Shown here: piece after piece, positions 31,396-40,384 of the stretch
Layout of the letters: each line of letters starts with the position of its first letter
How positions within the stretch are numbered: the first letter of the stretch is position 1
Source: Woeseiaceae bacterium
Lineage (GTDB): Bacteria > Pseudomonadota > Gammaproteobacteria > Steroidobacterales > Woeseiaceae
Assembly (NCBI GenBank): GCA_051007995.1
Contig: JBPCYB010000079.1
Location: 10,622 to 74,621, forward strand
Direction of reading: 5' to 3'
Length of the DNA stretch: 64,000 nt
Position numbers and translations under genes: made by a program
Notes under the pieces: generated by a model
Seen by the model: the letters and a program-made list of their open reading frames with translations, nothing else
What the model was told of the DNA's origin: nothing
Databases searched by the model: none

Positions 31396-32081
31396 TGCAA
31401 CCAGCGATAGCCCATGCCGTAGACCGTTTCAATGGCGTCAAACTTCGCATCGATCGAAATAAATTTTCGCCGAATTCTCTTGACGTGCGACGTAATTGTA
31501 TTGTCGTCCAATACGGCTTGCGCTGCGTCCATCAGTTGTTGCCGGTTCTTTACGTGGCCCGGATAACGCGCCATCGAATGTACTAACCAGAATTCGGTCA
31601 GAGTAAGTCCGACTGGCTGCTCCTGCCAGAGAACCGTCATGCGATCGGTATCAATGGCTAGATCACCGCGTGTCAGTCGACTGTCCGCTGCCTGCGGTTG
31701 TTGCATCGCATCAAGACGGCGAAACAGTGCCGCGATTCTTGCCATCAGGTGCGGCAGGCTGATGTCCTTGGTTAGGTAATCGTCGGCGCCAAGTCGTAGT
31801 CCGGATACGGCGTCAAACTCGCTGTCGCGTGCGGTAAGAAAGATGATCGGTAATTCAGCTGCTCGCGAGCGAAGTTCGCGACACAATTCAAATCCACCTT
31901 CGACATCGTCGTGCAAGTTGATATCAATGACCACGAGGTCCGGTAGACGCGTATCAAAAGCCTGAATGGCAGGCTCGCGAGAATCGTAGGCATCGACGGC
32001 ATAACCCTCCCGCTCGAATGCAGCAACATAGTTTTCTCTAATAGCAGCTTCGTCTTCGACGATTGCGATGCGTTTGGCCAC
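31392..32081 (-). CDS. OmpR-family response regulator of the dedicated sortase system
   Basis: GTG start at 32081, 6 nt after AAGGAG (VAKRIAIVEDE...). Receiver domain Asp (VVIDINL). Winged-helix C-terminus (VKRIRRKF...ETVYGMGYRW). ATGA overlap with the kinase start. Confidence 0.88.
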   Translation of the reverse strand: MAKRIAIVEDEAAIRENYVAAFEREGYAVDAYDSREPAIQAFDTRLPDLVVIDINLHDDVEGGFELCRELRSRAAELPIIFLTARDSEFDAVSGLRLGADDYLTKDISLPHLMARIAALFRRLDAMQQPQAADSRLTRGDLAIDTDRMTVLWQEQPVGLTLTEFWLVHSMARYPGHVKNRQQLMDAAQAVLDDNTITSHVKRIRRKFISIDAKFDAIETVYGMGYRWLQ

Positions 32082-32100
32082 GGCTAACTCCTTTATCCTC

Positions 32101-32118
32101 GCCACAATTTGCCACATT
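32101..32118. promoter_or_regulatory. tandem direct repeat GCCACA(A/T)T x2 at 10-bp spacing in the divergent control region (candidate response-regulator box)
   Basis: GCCACAATTT GCCACATTAC read directly. Related TTGCCA hexamers at 32109 and 32130, and TTGCCT at 32160. It lies between the regulator start (32081) and the target start (32202). Confidence 0.3.
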
Positions 32119-32201
32119 ACATCGGTGTATTGCCATGCCGGGGTCCGCGGCACGGCGCTTTGCCTTGTTGCAATGAGCTCAACGCTACGAGGAGACCGGC
32201 A

Positions 32202-34262
32202 ATGCAACACAGAATGTGGAAGCCCGTATTTTCAATCCTGATTATGGCAATCCTGTGGGCGCGACCTGGAATCGCGTCTGCCGAGGGCCTGACGCCCAAT
32301 AGCATGCAGACGGGCAGCCTGCTGATGCGCATGAGCGAGGGCTATGTGACGGCCACTTTGCTGAATACGGACGTCAATATCGATGTTAATGGGCTCGTGG
32401 CGCGCGTTTCGGTGCGTCAGGAGTTCCGCAACGACGGTCAGGAGTGGGTCGAGGGAGTGTACGTATTTCCATTGCCAGACAAGGCAGCCGTGGACCACAT
32501 GCGCATGCATATCGGCGATCGTTTCATAGAGGGCGAAATTCGCGAGAAAGAACAAGCACGCAAGGAATATGAGGCGGCCAAGTCGGCCGGTAAGAAAACC
32601 AGCCTGGTTGAACAACAACGCGCCAATCTTTTCACGACGTCAGTCGCGAACGTCGGTCCCGGCGAGTTGGTCGTCATTGAGATCGAATATCTTGAGGACT
32701 TACGGTTCGACGGCGGGACGTTTAGTTTGCGCTATCCGATGACATTGACGCCGAGATACATCCCTGGCCGGGCCGTGTCGGATCGACAGGGCAATGGTTG
32801 GTCCGCTGACACAACGTTGGTGGATGACGCGTCACTGATTACGCCACCAATGGTGTCGGCATCGAAAGGACATCGAATCTCATTGCACGCAACGGTCAAC
32901 GCCGGCATGCCATTGGAAATTATCGCGAGTCGGTACCATCCGGTCATCGTCGGTGAGGCCAATGGCGAGTACACAGTTTCGCTCGCCGGTGGGCGTGCAC
33001 CGATGGACCATGACTTTGAATTGTTATGGCGCCCGGTGCCTTCTGCGTCACCACGCGCGATGGTCTTCACCGAAACCATCGACAATGAGCCGCACTACCT
33101 ACTCATGGTTATGCCACCCAAATCTGAGCTCGTAACTGGCCCGATGATGCCACGCGAGATGATATTCATTATTGATACGTCGGGATCGATGCACGGTGTC
33201 TCGCTTGCACAGGCAAAGCAAGCGCTACTCAGGGCGGTAGAAGGTCTGCGGCCCGGCGACCAGTTCAATGTGATCGAATTCAACTCGTACACTAACCCGC
33301 TGTTTCCAGCAAGCGTAACGGCAAGCACTGCGAACATCAGTGCCGCTACAAATTTCGTACGCCAACTGAACGCGAATGGAGGCACCGAGATGTATTCGGC
33401 GCTGGACTTCGCGTTGCGTACGCCACCGAGCGAAGCATTCCTGCGGCAAATTATTTTTATCACCGATGGTGCGGTTGGCAACGAAGAGGGGCTTTTCAAG
33501 CTCATTGCCAATAAATTGAACAACGCTCGCTTATTCACGGTTGGTATTGGCTCCGCACCGAACAGCTGGTTCATGCGTAAAGCAGCCGAATCTGGTCGCG
33601 GCACGTTCACGATCATTAGTGCACTGCACGAAGTGAGCGAGAAAATGGATAGGTTGTTTCGCAAGCTTGAGAACCCGCAAGTGACTGACATTGATGTGCA
33701 GTGGCCGAGCGGTGTTGTGATCGACAGCTATCCAAGCGTCGTGCCGGATTTGTATCTGGGTGAACCCGTAACCGTCAAAGCTCGTGCCTCTGGTGCCTTT
33801 CGTTCTGGCGATGTTGTCCGGATCGCAGGCAATTCCTTAGGCGGGGCATGGAACAGCGAGTTGCCGCTGGCTGGTGATTCACAAAGTTCGGGCATCGGCG
33901 CGCTGTGGGCGCGTGCTCGTATCGCCGAATTACTTGATCGGGTTAGAAGAGGTGCGAACGAAGACGAAACCCGCTCGGCAATTGTGGAAACTGCGCTGAC
34001 ACATCACCTTGTCAGCAAGTACACGAGCCTGGTTGCCGTGGATAAGACGCCAGTGCGTCCAGCAAGCGATCCGCTCAAGAGTGAGCAAGTCGCGAATCTG
34101 ATGCCGCACGGTCAAAGCACGTCTGCGATCTTTGGTTTTCCTGCCACTGCAACGAACGCCGAGATCCTGCGCCTGACGGGCGTCGCCCTGCTGCTGCTGG
34201 CGCTAGCGCTAATGGTCACGCCGGCGCTTCGAAGGAGAGCGTCTCATGAGTCGGTTCATTAG
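32202..34262 (+). CDS. VIT-VWA domain sortase target protein (dedicated sortase system)
   Basis: Start at ATG 32202 after GGAGA. Signal peptide MQHRMWKPVFSILIMAILWARPGIASA. VIT domain, VWA with MIDAS motif DTSGSMHG, and a C-terminal tripartite sorting signal FPATAT-9 aa-VALLLLALALMVTPAL-RRRASHESVH. Confidence 0.9.
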   Translation: MQHRMWKPVFSILIMAILWARPGIASAEGLTPNSMQTGSLLMRMSEGYVTATLLNTDVNIDVNGLVARVSVRQEFRNDGQEWVEGVYVFPLPDKAAVDHMRMHIGDRFIEGEIREKEQARKEYEAAKSAGKKTSLVEQQRANLFTTSVANVGPGELVVIEIEYLEDLRFDGGTFSLRYPMTLTPRYIPGRAVSDRQGNGWSADTTLVDDASLITPPMVSASKGHRISLHATVNAGMPLEIIASRYHPVIVGEANGEYTVSLAGGRAPMDHDFELLWRPVPSASPRAMVFTETIDNEPHYLLMVMPPKSELVTGPMMPREMIFIIDTSGSMHGVSLAQAKQALLRAVEGLRPGDQFNVIEFNSYTNPLFPASVTASTANISAATNFVRQLNANGGTEMYSALDFALRTPPSEAFLRQIIFITDGAVGNEEGLFKLIANKLNNARLFTVGIGSAPNSWFMRKAAESGRGTFTIISALHEVSEKMDRLFRKLENPQVTDIDVQWPSGVVIDSYPSVVPDLYLGEPVTVKARASGAFRSGDVVRIAGNSLGGAWNSELPLAGDSQSSGIGALWARARIAELLDRVRRGANEDETRSAIVETALTHHLVSKYTSLVAVDKTPVRPASDPLKSEQVANLMPHGQSTSAIFGFPATATNAEILRLTGVALLLLALALMVTPALRRRASHESVH

Positions 34263-34827
34263 GTCGCCGCGGCGCTGGCTCGTGGCTTGTCTATTATGTC
34301 TTGGCTTTTGGCAATTCGGTCAGGGTGCGTACATCCCGGCGAAAGCATGGATGGCGCAGGAGCTGATGCAGCGAGCCTGGAATCGAGGTGCCGCAGGTGC
34401 CGAGCAGCCCGCTCCATGGCCCTGGGCCGACACCTGGCCGGTGGCGCGACTGTCTGCAAAATCTGGCGAGATCGAACTGATCGTTCTGGCCGGTGGCTCG
34501 GGTCGTACGCTCGCCTTCGGACCTGGTCACCTGAGTGCGAGTGCGCTTCCCGGAAAAACGGGCAATGCGGTAATCGCAGGGCATCGCGACACGCACTTTA
34601 GTTTCTTGCGCGATGTCGAGATCGGCGAATCACTGGTCATAGAAACGGTATCTGGAACCAAGCATCTGTACAAAGTGATCGGCATCGATGTGGTCGACTC
34701 GCGCGGCGGGAGTCTGGTACTGGATACTAATGAAGCCTTCCTAAGTCTTGTCACCTGCTATCCGTTTGAAGCGATCGACCCGGGTGGACCCATGCGTTAC
34801 GTCGTAACTGCCAAAATGCTGTTCTAG
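34246..34827 (+). CDS. sortase, Gram-negative ('marine proteobacterial' / class GN) type
   Basis: 193 aa. N-terminal TM, catalytic His (IAGHRDTHF), Cys (LSLVTCYPF) and Arg (PMRYVVTA). Overlaps the target gene by 17 nt. Confidence 0.9.
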   Translation: MSRFIRSPRRWLVACLLCLGFWQFGQGAYIPAKAWMAQELMQRAWNRGAAGAEQPAPWPWADTWPVARLSAKSGEIELIVLAGGSGRTLAFGPGHLSASALPGKTGNAVIAGHRDTHFSFLRDVEIGESLVIETVSGTKHLYKVIGIDVVDSRGGSLVLDTNEAFLSLVTCYPFEAIDPGGPMRYVVTAKMLF

Positions 34828-34868
34828 CTTTGTTGCTAAAAATTGCGCTTCGCAACTACTATGGCGCA

Positions 34869-36212
34869 ATGGACGATACGAAAGCGAAACTCACCGAGGG
34901 ATCGGTGGGTCGACATCTGCTGGCGATGGCTTTGCCAGTATTGATGGGCATTTTCGCGATGATGGGCCAAGGATTGATCGACGCCTATTTTCTCGGGCGC
35001 GTCGGCCACCGGGCATTGGCCGCCTACGCATTCGCGTTTCCAATTCTAATGATTGTCACCAGTGTCGCGATCGGTATGGGCGCCGGCACATCATCAGTCG
35101 TTGCGCGTGCCATTGGCGCTCGGGATACGCGACGAGCACGACGACTAACGACCGACAGTTTGTTCTTGTCGTTTCTCGTAACTTTGGCTTTCTGCATCGT
35201 CGGTGTATTGACGATCAACCCGCTGTTTCGACTGCTAGGCGCAGGCGAAGACATGCTGCCGATGATTCGCGAATTCATGCTGATCCTGTATTCAGGAGTA
35301 CCTTTCGTCGTTGTAGGCATGGTCGGCATGGCCAGCATGCGAGCTACTGGCGATACGCGTTTGCCGAGCAAGTTGATGATTCTGGGGGCGATTCTTAACG
35401 TCATTCTGGATCCAATTTTTATATTCGGACTGGGGCCGATTCCCGCACTCGGTCTAAACGGTGCTGCTGTTGCGGCGCTAATGGCGCGCGGTGTAATTTT
35501 TATTGGTGCGTTGTACTTGATGCGTGGCCGCCTGAATATGATCAGCTTCAATCGACCTGATCCTGTGGAGATGCGCAAATCCTGGCGGGATATTCTGCAT
35601 GTCGGCATCCCTGCCGCTGGCACGAACGCGATTGTGCCCATCGCAACGGCAATCATTACCGCGTTGATCGCCAGTTATGGTGTCGAAGCCGTTGCTGGTT
35701 TCGGTGTGGCCAGCCGAATCGAATCACTCGTACTGGTCATGTTCTATGCTTTGTCGGCCGTGATCGGTCCGTTTGTCGGACAAAACCTCGCCGCTGGCAA
35801 TAAAGATCGTATTCTCGAAGCTCTGCGCTTATGCATGTGGTTCTGTGTTGTTGCCGGTTTAGTGGGTGCTGGTCTACTCGCTATGACGTCAGCGTCGCTG
35901 CCTGCGTTATTCAATGACAATGCCGAAGTTGTCAGCGTTGCGAAGTTATTCCTTTGGATTGCGCCCTGGGGTTATGGTGGTTACGGCTTAGTCATGACGA
36001 TCAATGCTGCTTTCAACGGCCTCGGCAAACCTATGCCGGGTGTGGTTGTGAGTTTGATGCGCACAATCCTGCTCTACGTGCCATTAGCGCTGGTGGCTCA
36101 GCACTATTACGATATCGTCGGAATATTTGTAGCCTACGCGGCGGCCAATGTGATCACAGGTTTCGTGGCATACGGCTGGGTTAAGAAAACGGTGAACCAG
36201 ACATGCACGTAG
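34869..36212 (+). CDS. MATE family efflux transporter
   Basis: Start taken at MDDTKAKLTEGSVGRHLLAMALPVLMG. 12-TM MATE architecture. Confidence 0.85.
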   Translation: MDDTKAKLTEGSVGRHLLAMALPVLMGIFAMMGQGLIDAYFLGRVGHRALAAYAFAFPILMIVTSVAIGMGAGTSSVVARAIGARDTRRARRLTTDSLFLSFLVTLAFCIVGVLTINPLFRLLGAGEDMLPMIREFMLILYSGVPFVVVGMVGMASMRATGDTRLPSKLMILGAILNVILDPIFIFGLGPIPALGLNGAAVAALMARGVIFIGALYLMRGRLNMISFNRPDPVEMRKSWRDILHVGIPAAGTNAIVPIATAIITALIASYGVEAVAGFGVASRIESLVLVMFYALSAVIGPFVGQNLAAGNKDRILEALRLCMWFCVVAGLVGAGLLAMTSASLPALFNDNAEVVSVAKLFLWIAPWGYGGYGLVMTINAAFNGLGKPMPGVVVSLMRTILLYVPLALVAQHYYDIVGIFVAYAAANVITGFVAYGWVKKTVNQTCT

Positions 36213-36892
36213 TCGATGGCTTTAAACAACGCGGCGAGGGCATGACGCGCCTCGAGACTTTTACCGATGCGGCGTTTGCGTTTGCGGTGACGATGCTGGT
36301 TGTCGGCGGTGGCGACGCCATACCCGTTAATTTCGCAGAAATGATGGTTGCGATGAAACAGGTACCGGCATTCGCGGCCAGCTTCGCCAATATCATGCTG
36401 TTCTGGTATGCACACCACGTCTGGTCGCGGCGCTTTGGGCTTGACGATTGGGCGTCAGCCCTATTGAGTTTTATTCTCGTGTTTGTGGTGCTGATCTATG
36501 TTTACCCGTTGAAAGCGATTTTTTCAGGTGCGCTCGATTTTTTCTCGGGCGGGTATCTTGCGTCATACTTCGTGATCGATTCGATCGCCGACCTGCGAAC
36601 GATGTTTATCATATTTAGCTCAGCGTTCGCTGCCCTGTCTGCTGTGGTCGTATTACTTAACCGACACGCGTTAGCGCAAAAGGCGGAACTAGCGCTAAGC
36701 GCGCTGGAAGAATATGAAACCGTGTCAACAATTCAACACTGGATCATCAACATGGCCGTGGCGGTCTTGTCGATTGTGTTGGCAATGACATTGCCAGGCC
36801 CCTGGACCATTGTGGCAGGCATGATTTACGGTATTTTTGGTGTAATTTTGCCGTGGCATTCGATCAGAAGACTGCGGCGGCGTCCCGATTAA
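36203..36892 (+). CDS. TMEM175 / DUF1211 family putative potassium channel
   Basis: RLETFTDAAFAFAVTMLVV signature in the first helix. 6-TM profile. 10-nt overlap with the upstream MATE gene. Confidence 0.7.
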   Translation: MHVVDGFKQRGEGMTRLETFTDAAFAFAVTMLVVGGGDAIPVNFAEMMVAMKQVPAFAASFANIMLFWYAHHVWSRRFGLDDWASALLSFILVFVVLIYVYPLKAIFSGALDFFSGGYLASYFVIDSIADLRTMFIIFSSAFAALSAVVVLLNRHALAQKAELALSALEEYETVSTIQHWIINMAVAVLSIVLAMTLPGPWTIVAGMIYGIFGVILPWHSIRRLRRRPD

Positions 36893-36905
36893 GGGCGCTC
36901 GAACT

Positions 36906-37136
36906 CTATCCCGCTTGCTCTTCCTCAACGCCCTCTGATGGCGTCGGATTGGCCTTGCGGCGCGAGCGGATGATGTACAGGACAATGCCCCAAACGATCG
37001 ACAAGGCGCCGATACCGAAGTACCAGACTGTATATTCGTATTCAATGCCCAGGTATGCGCCGCCGGCGATAAACAATAGTCCGACTAACAGCCAAAACTG
37101 CGGAAGTCGTTCGTAAAGAGGTGCTGGTAACCACAT
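36906..37136 (-). CDS. small two-TM membrane protein (hypothetical)
   Basis: 76 aa with two hydrophobic helices (FWLLVGLLFIAGGAYLGI, WYFGIGALSIVWGIVLYII). No motif recognised. Confidence 0.45.
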   Translation of the reverse strand: MWLPAPLYERLPQFWLLVGLLFIAGGAYLGIEYEYTVWYFGIGALSIVWGIVLYIIRSRRKANPTPSEGVEEEQAG

Positions 37137-37294
37137 GGGCGGACTCGGGGCTTATGTCTAAGTGGAGCATAAATCTTGCCATAGGCGACCTTGTCGTTGA
37201 AGTACCTAGTCACAATATCCGGCACTGCGGTGATCTTGCTGCCCAAAACGTGACGGCATTCACAATTAATGACCCGATTGGGAAGATTTTGGGC

Positions 37295-38620
37295 CTATCG
37301 CAGTTCGAGTGCTGGCAACACTTTGCGTCGATACCAGAAGTGCATACCGATGCCACGGCTGGCCATAAATATCGTGAAGGCCAACCACAGGCCGTGATTT
37401 CCAAATGGCTGTAGCAGGTACCAGCCGGGTATGAATATGACGAAAGTTGAGATCAACATGAGGTCGCGCATCTCTCTGCTGCGCGTTGCGCCCACATAAA
37501 CGCCGTCATACAAGTATGACCATACGGAAATCAATGGCGAAACGACCAGCCACGGCAAGAATTGCATTGCTGTGCTGCGAACATCGGGAAGGTCGGTGAG
37601 TATGCGAATCATCAATGGACCGATAACGGTGTAAAGCACACAAAAACCAACCGCAAAAACTAATGACCACTTCAAGGCAAGTTGTACTGAGCGCTCAAGC
37701 GCATCGCGGCGTTTTTCTCCGACGGCCTTTCCGACGAGCGCCTCGGCAGCATGTGCGAAGCCGTCCAGCGCGAATGCCGTCAGGTTTTGTAAGTTCATAA
37801 GTACGGCGTTCGCTGCGAGTACCAATCCACCAAGTCGTGCGCCCTGTGCCGTGACGAATGCAAACGTAAATACGAGCGCCATCGTGCGCACGAACAAATT
37901 GGTATTCACGGCGAAGAATGTTGTGTACGCACGTACGTTTATCAGGCGAGAGAGAGGCCAACGTCCCGTACGTTTATGCAGCGCACCGGCAGCAAATAGC
38001 AGACCAACGGCGACGCCTGTGTACTCGGCAATGACCGATGCCAAAGCAACGCCATCGACCTTCATTCCCAGGCCGAGAACGAACCAAAGGTCGAGAACGA
38101 TGTTCGTGACATTGATCGTCAGAAAAATGAGCAACGGAACTCGCGCATTCTGCAGGCCCAAAAACCACCCAATGAGCACGAAGTTGGCGAGTGTGCCCGG
38201 TGCGCTCCATATGCGAATGGAGAAGTACTCCTGTGCAAACGACTCAACTTCCGGCTCTGCACCGATCAAGTCCAGCGCGAACCGGCCAATCGGAACTTGC
38301 AGTGCGATCATCGTCAGTGCGATGAGCAGCGATACGATCAATGCCTGCCCGAGCGATACGCGCAGTCCATCGTTGTCGTTTGCGCCATAGCGCTGCGCGG
38401 TGATGCCGGTTGTTCCCATGCGCAGGAAATTCATGCCCGTGTAGAGAAAGCCGAAGATGGTCGCGCCAATGGCGACGGCACCCAGATACGCTGGACTGCC
38501 GAGATGCCCTGTTACACCGGTATCAACCATGCCGAGCAGCGGCACCGACACATTCGATAGAATCATCGGCGCAGCTATGCGCCAGATATCACGATCCTGT
38601 GGCAGGCGCCCGGCACTCAA
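37295..38620 (-). CDS. MATE family efflux transporter (DinF-like)
   Basis: 441 aa. IWRIAAPMILSNVSVPLLGMVDTGVTGHLG is typical of the DinF branch. Confidence 0.85.
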   Translation of the reverse strand: MSAGRLPQDRDIWRIAAPMILSNVSVPLLGMVDTGVTGHLGSPAYLGAVAIGATIFGFLYTGMNFLRMGTTGITAQRYGANDNDGLRVSLGQALIVSLLIALTMIALQVPIGRFALDLIGAEPEVESFAQEYFSIRIWSAPGTLANFVLIGWFLGLQNARVPLLIFLTINVTNIVLDLWFVLGLGMKVDGVALASVIAEYTGVAVGLLFAAGALHKRTGRWPLSRLINVRAYTTFFAVNTNLFVRTMALVFTFAFVTAQGARLGGLVLAANAVLMNLQNLTAFALDGFAHAAEALVGKAVGEKRRDALERSVQLALKWSLVFAVGFCVLYTVIGPLMIRILTDLPDVRSTAMQFLPWLVVSPLISVWSYLYDGVYVGATRSREMRDLMLISTFVIFIPGWYLLQPFGNHGLWLAFTIFMASRGIGMHFWYRRKVLPALELR

Positions 38621-38627
38621 GTGATGT

Positions 38628-39806
38628 TCATCCGAAGGCGTTGACGCCGGTCAGTTCCTTACCAACAACGAGTTGGTGCACGGTTTCTGTGCCTTCGTAA
38701 GTGATAACGCTTTCGAGGTTAAGCATATGGCGAATCGGAACAAACTCGGCACTAATGCCGCTGCCGCCAAGAATATCGCGAGCGTCGCGTGCAATGTCGA
38801 TAGCTGCACGGCAATTGTTCCACTTCGCCAGTGACACCTGCGTCGGCTGAAGCTCACCACGATCCTTGAGACGTCCGAGCTGCAGTGACAGCAGTTGCGC
38901 CGACGTGATACGACGCGCCATGTCGGCAAGCCGAATTTGCACGGCCTGGGTGTGCGACAAAGGACGGCCGAATAGTACGCGGTCCTCGGTGTAGCGCATG
39001 ACTTCATCAAGGCAACTTTGTGCTGCGCCGATGACGCCCCAGGTAATGCCATAACGCGCCTGTGTTAGACAACTTAACGGACCTTTAAGACCAGTCACGC
39101 CGGGTAGCACGCTCGCCGCTGGTACGCGGACATTGTCAAAGAACAATGCAGCTGTGACTGACGCGCGCAATGAAAACTTGTTTTCAATTTCCTGGGCGGT
39201 AAACCCGGGCATGTCCTTTTCGACGATAAAGCCCTTAACGTCCTCTTCAGTCTTGGCCCAGACAACCGCAGCATCGGCGACCGAACCATTCGTGATCCAC
39301 ATCTTTGAGCCATTCAAGATCCAGTCATCGCCGTCTCTTTTGGCATGTGTCTTCATATTGCTCGGATCCGACCCACCTTGTGGCTCGGTCAAGCCGAAAC
39401 AGCCGATCGCCTCTCCTTTAGCCATGGCCGGCAGCCAGCGTTGTTTCTGTTCTTCGGAGCCGTACGCATAGATCGGAAACATCACCAGGCTGCTTTGCAC
39501 AGAAACGAAACTACGAAGGCCGCTGTCGGCGCGTTCGAGTTCCTGGCAAATCAAGCCGTAGCAAATGCTGTTGAGCCCGGCGCAGTCGTAGCCGTCAATC
39601 GAGCTGCCGAGCAAACCAAGCTCGGCGACCTGGGGAATTAGTTCACGCGGGAATCGGTGCTGCTCAAATGCCTCGCGCATGACCGGAATCGCTTGTTCGT
39701 CGACAAATCGCGCAACACTATCTTGCACCATGCGCTCTTCTTCCGTTAACTCAGAACGGACATCGAATATATCCATCGGATTTAGTGGGGTTTTGCTGGA
39801 GGCCAT
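38628..39806 (-). CDS. acyl-CoA dehydrogenase, glutaryl-CoA dehydrogenase-like
   Basis: Start taken at MASSKTPLNPMDIFD (392 aa). ACAD motifs GCFGLTEPQGGSDP, WITNGSVAD, and C-terminal YEGTETVHQLVVG. Confidence 0.85.
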   Translation of the reverse strand: MASSKTPLNPMDIFDVRSELTEEERMVQDSVARFVDEQAIPVMREAFEQHRFPRELIPQVAELGLLGSSIDGYDCAGLNSICYGLICQELERADSGLRSFVSVQSSLVMFPIYAYGSEEQKQRWLPAMAKGEAIGCFGLTEPQGGSDPSNMKTHAKRDGDDWILNGSKMWITNGSVADAAVVWAKTEEDVKGFIVEKDMPGFTAQEIENKFSLRASVTAALFFDNVRVPAASVLPGVTGLKGPLSCLTQARYGITWGVIGAAQSCLDEVMRYTEDRVLFGRPLSHTQAVQIRLADMARRITSAQLLSLQLGRLKDRGELQPTQVSLAKWNNCRAAIDIARDARDILGGSGISAEFVPIRHMLNLESVITYEGTETVHQLVVGKELTGVNAFG

Positions 39807-39817
39807 GCCGATATCTC

Positions 39818-40285
39818 TTAAATGGGAATTCCTATGCGGCGGTACAGTACCGATAGCAACCACGCAGGTCCAATCATCATCAATTGCAGGTCCTGCAAAA
39901 CGGGACCGAGCGACCATTGCCTGCGACGGCCCAGCCAAAGGCCGATGACGCCGGCCAGAAGAAGTCCTGCAGAGACGCGTAGTGGTGAAAAGTCTGACGT
40001 CTCAAGCCACACCTGCCAGGAGGCGACGCCAATGATAAACGGCAACATACCGATCGCCAGTGACACAGAAATGATGAAGTAATAGACCGCAGCCGCCATC
40101 AGGAATGCGCTGCCCCAGTTGAGCAGCGGGGATATTTCGTAAAATTCATCAGGTACCTGCAGCGTCCAGAGCACGCCCACCGTGCCGAGTACGACCATCG
40201 GTACTGCCGCCCAATACAGCATCGGATACGTGAGCTCCTTGTGGGAGTCCTCGTAGCGTTTGAGCCAATCCTGTGTTTCGCTCAT
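39818..40285 (-). CDS. DUF962 / Mpo1-like membrane protein
   Basis: YEDSHKELTYPMLYWAAVPMVVLGTVGVLW resembles the DUF962 N-terminal signature. 4 TM helices. Start taken at the internal ATG (MSETQDW). Confidence 0.6.
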   Translation of the reverse strand: MSETQDWLKRYEDSHKELTYPMLYWAAVPMVVLGTVGVLWTLQVPDEFYEISPLLNWGSAFLMAAAVYYFIISVSLAIGMLPFIIGVASWQVWLETSDFSPLRVSAGLLLAGVIGLWLGRRRQWSLGPVLQDLQLMMIGPAWLLSVLYRRIGIPI

Positions 40286-40384
40286 TACGACACTCTTTTT
40301 CTCGATAAATGTGATTGTATTAAGTATTCGTTCAGGTGTCTGGGGCAAAATAGCAGACACAGACTAGCCAATGGGAGCAGGCAG

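Noticed and set aside
33095-33691. 198-aa minus-strand ORF inside the sortase-target gene. Similar long antisense ORFs occur at 35024-35656, 37851-38390, 58876-59388 and 60715-61239.
   Set aside because: All are antisense to ORFs with clear domain signatures (VWA, MATE, UbiJ/UbiE, HslU) and have Ser/Arg/Ala-rich low-complexity translations.
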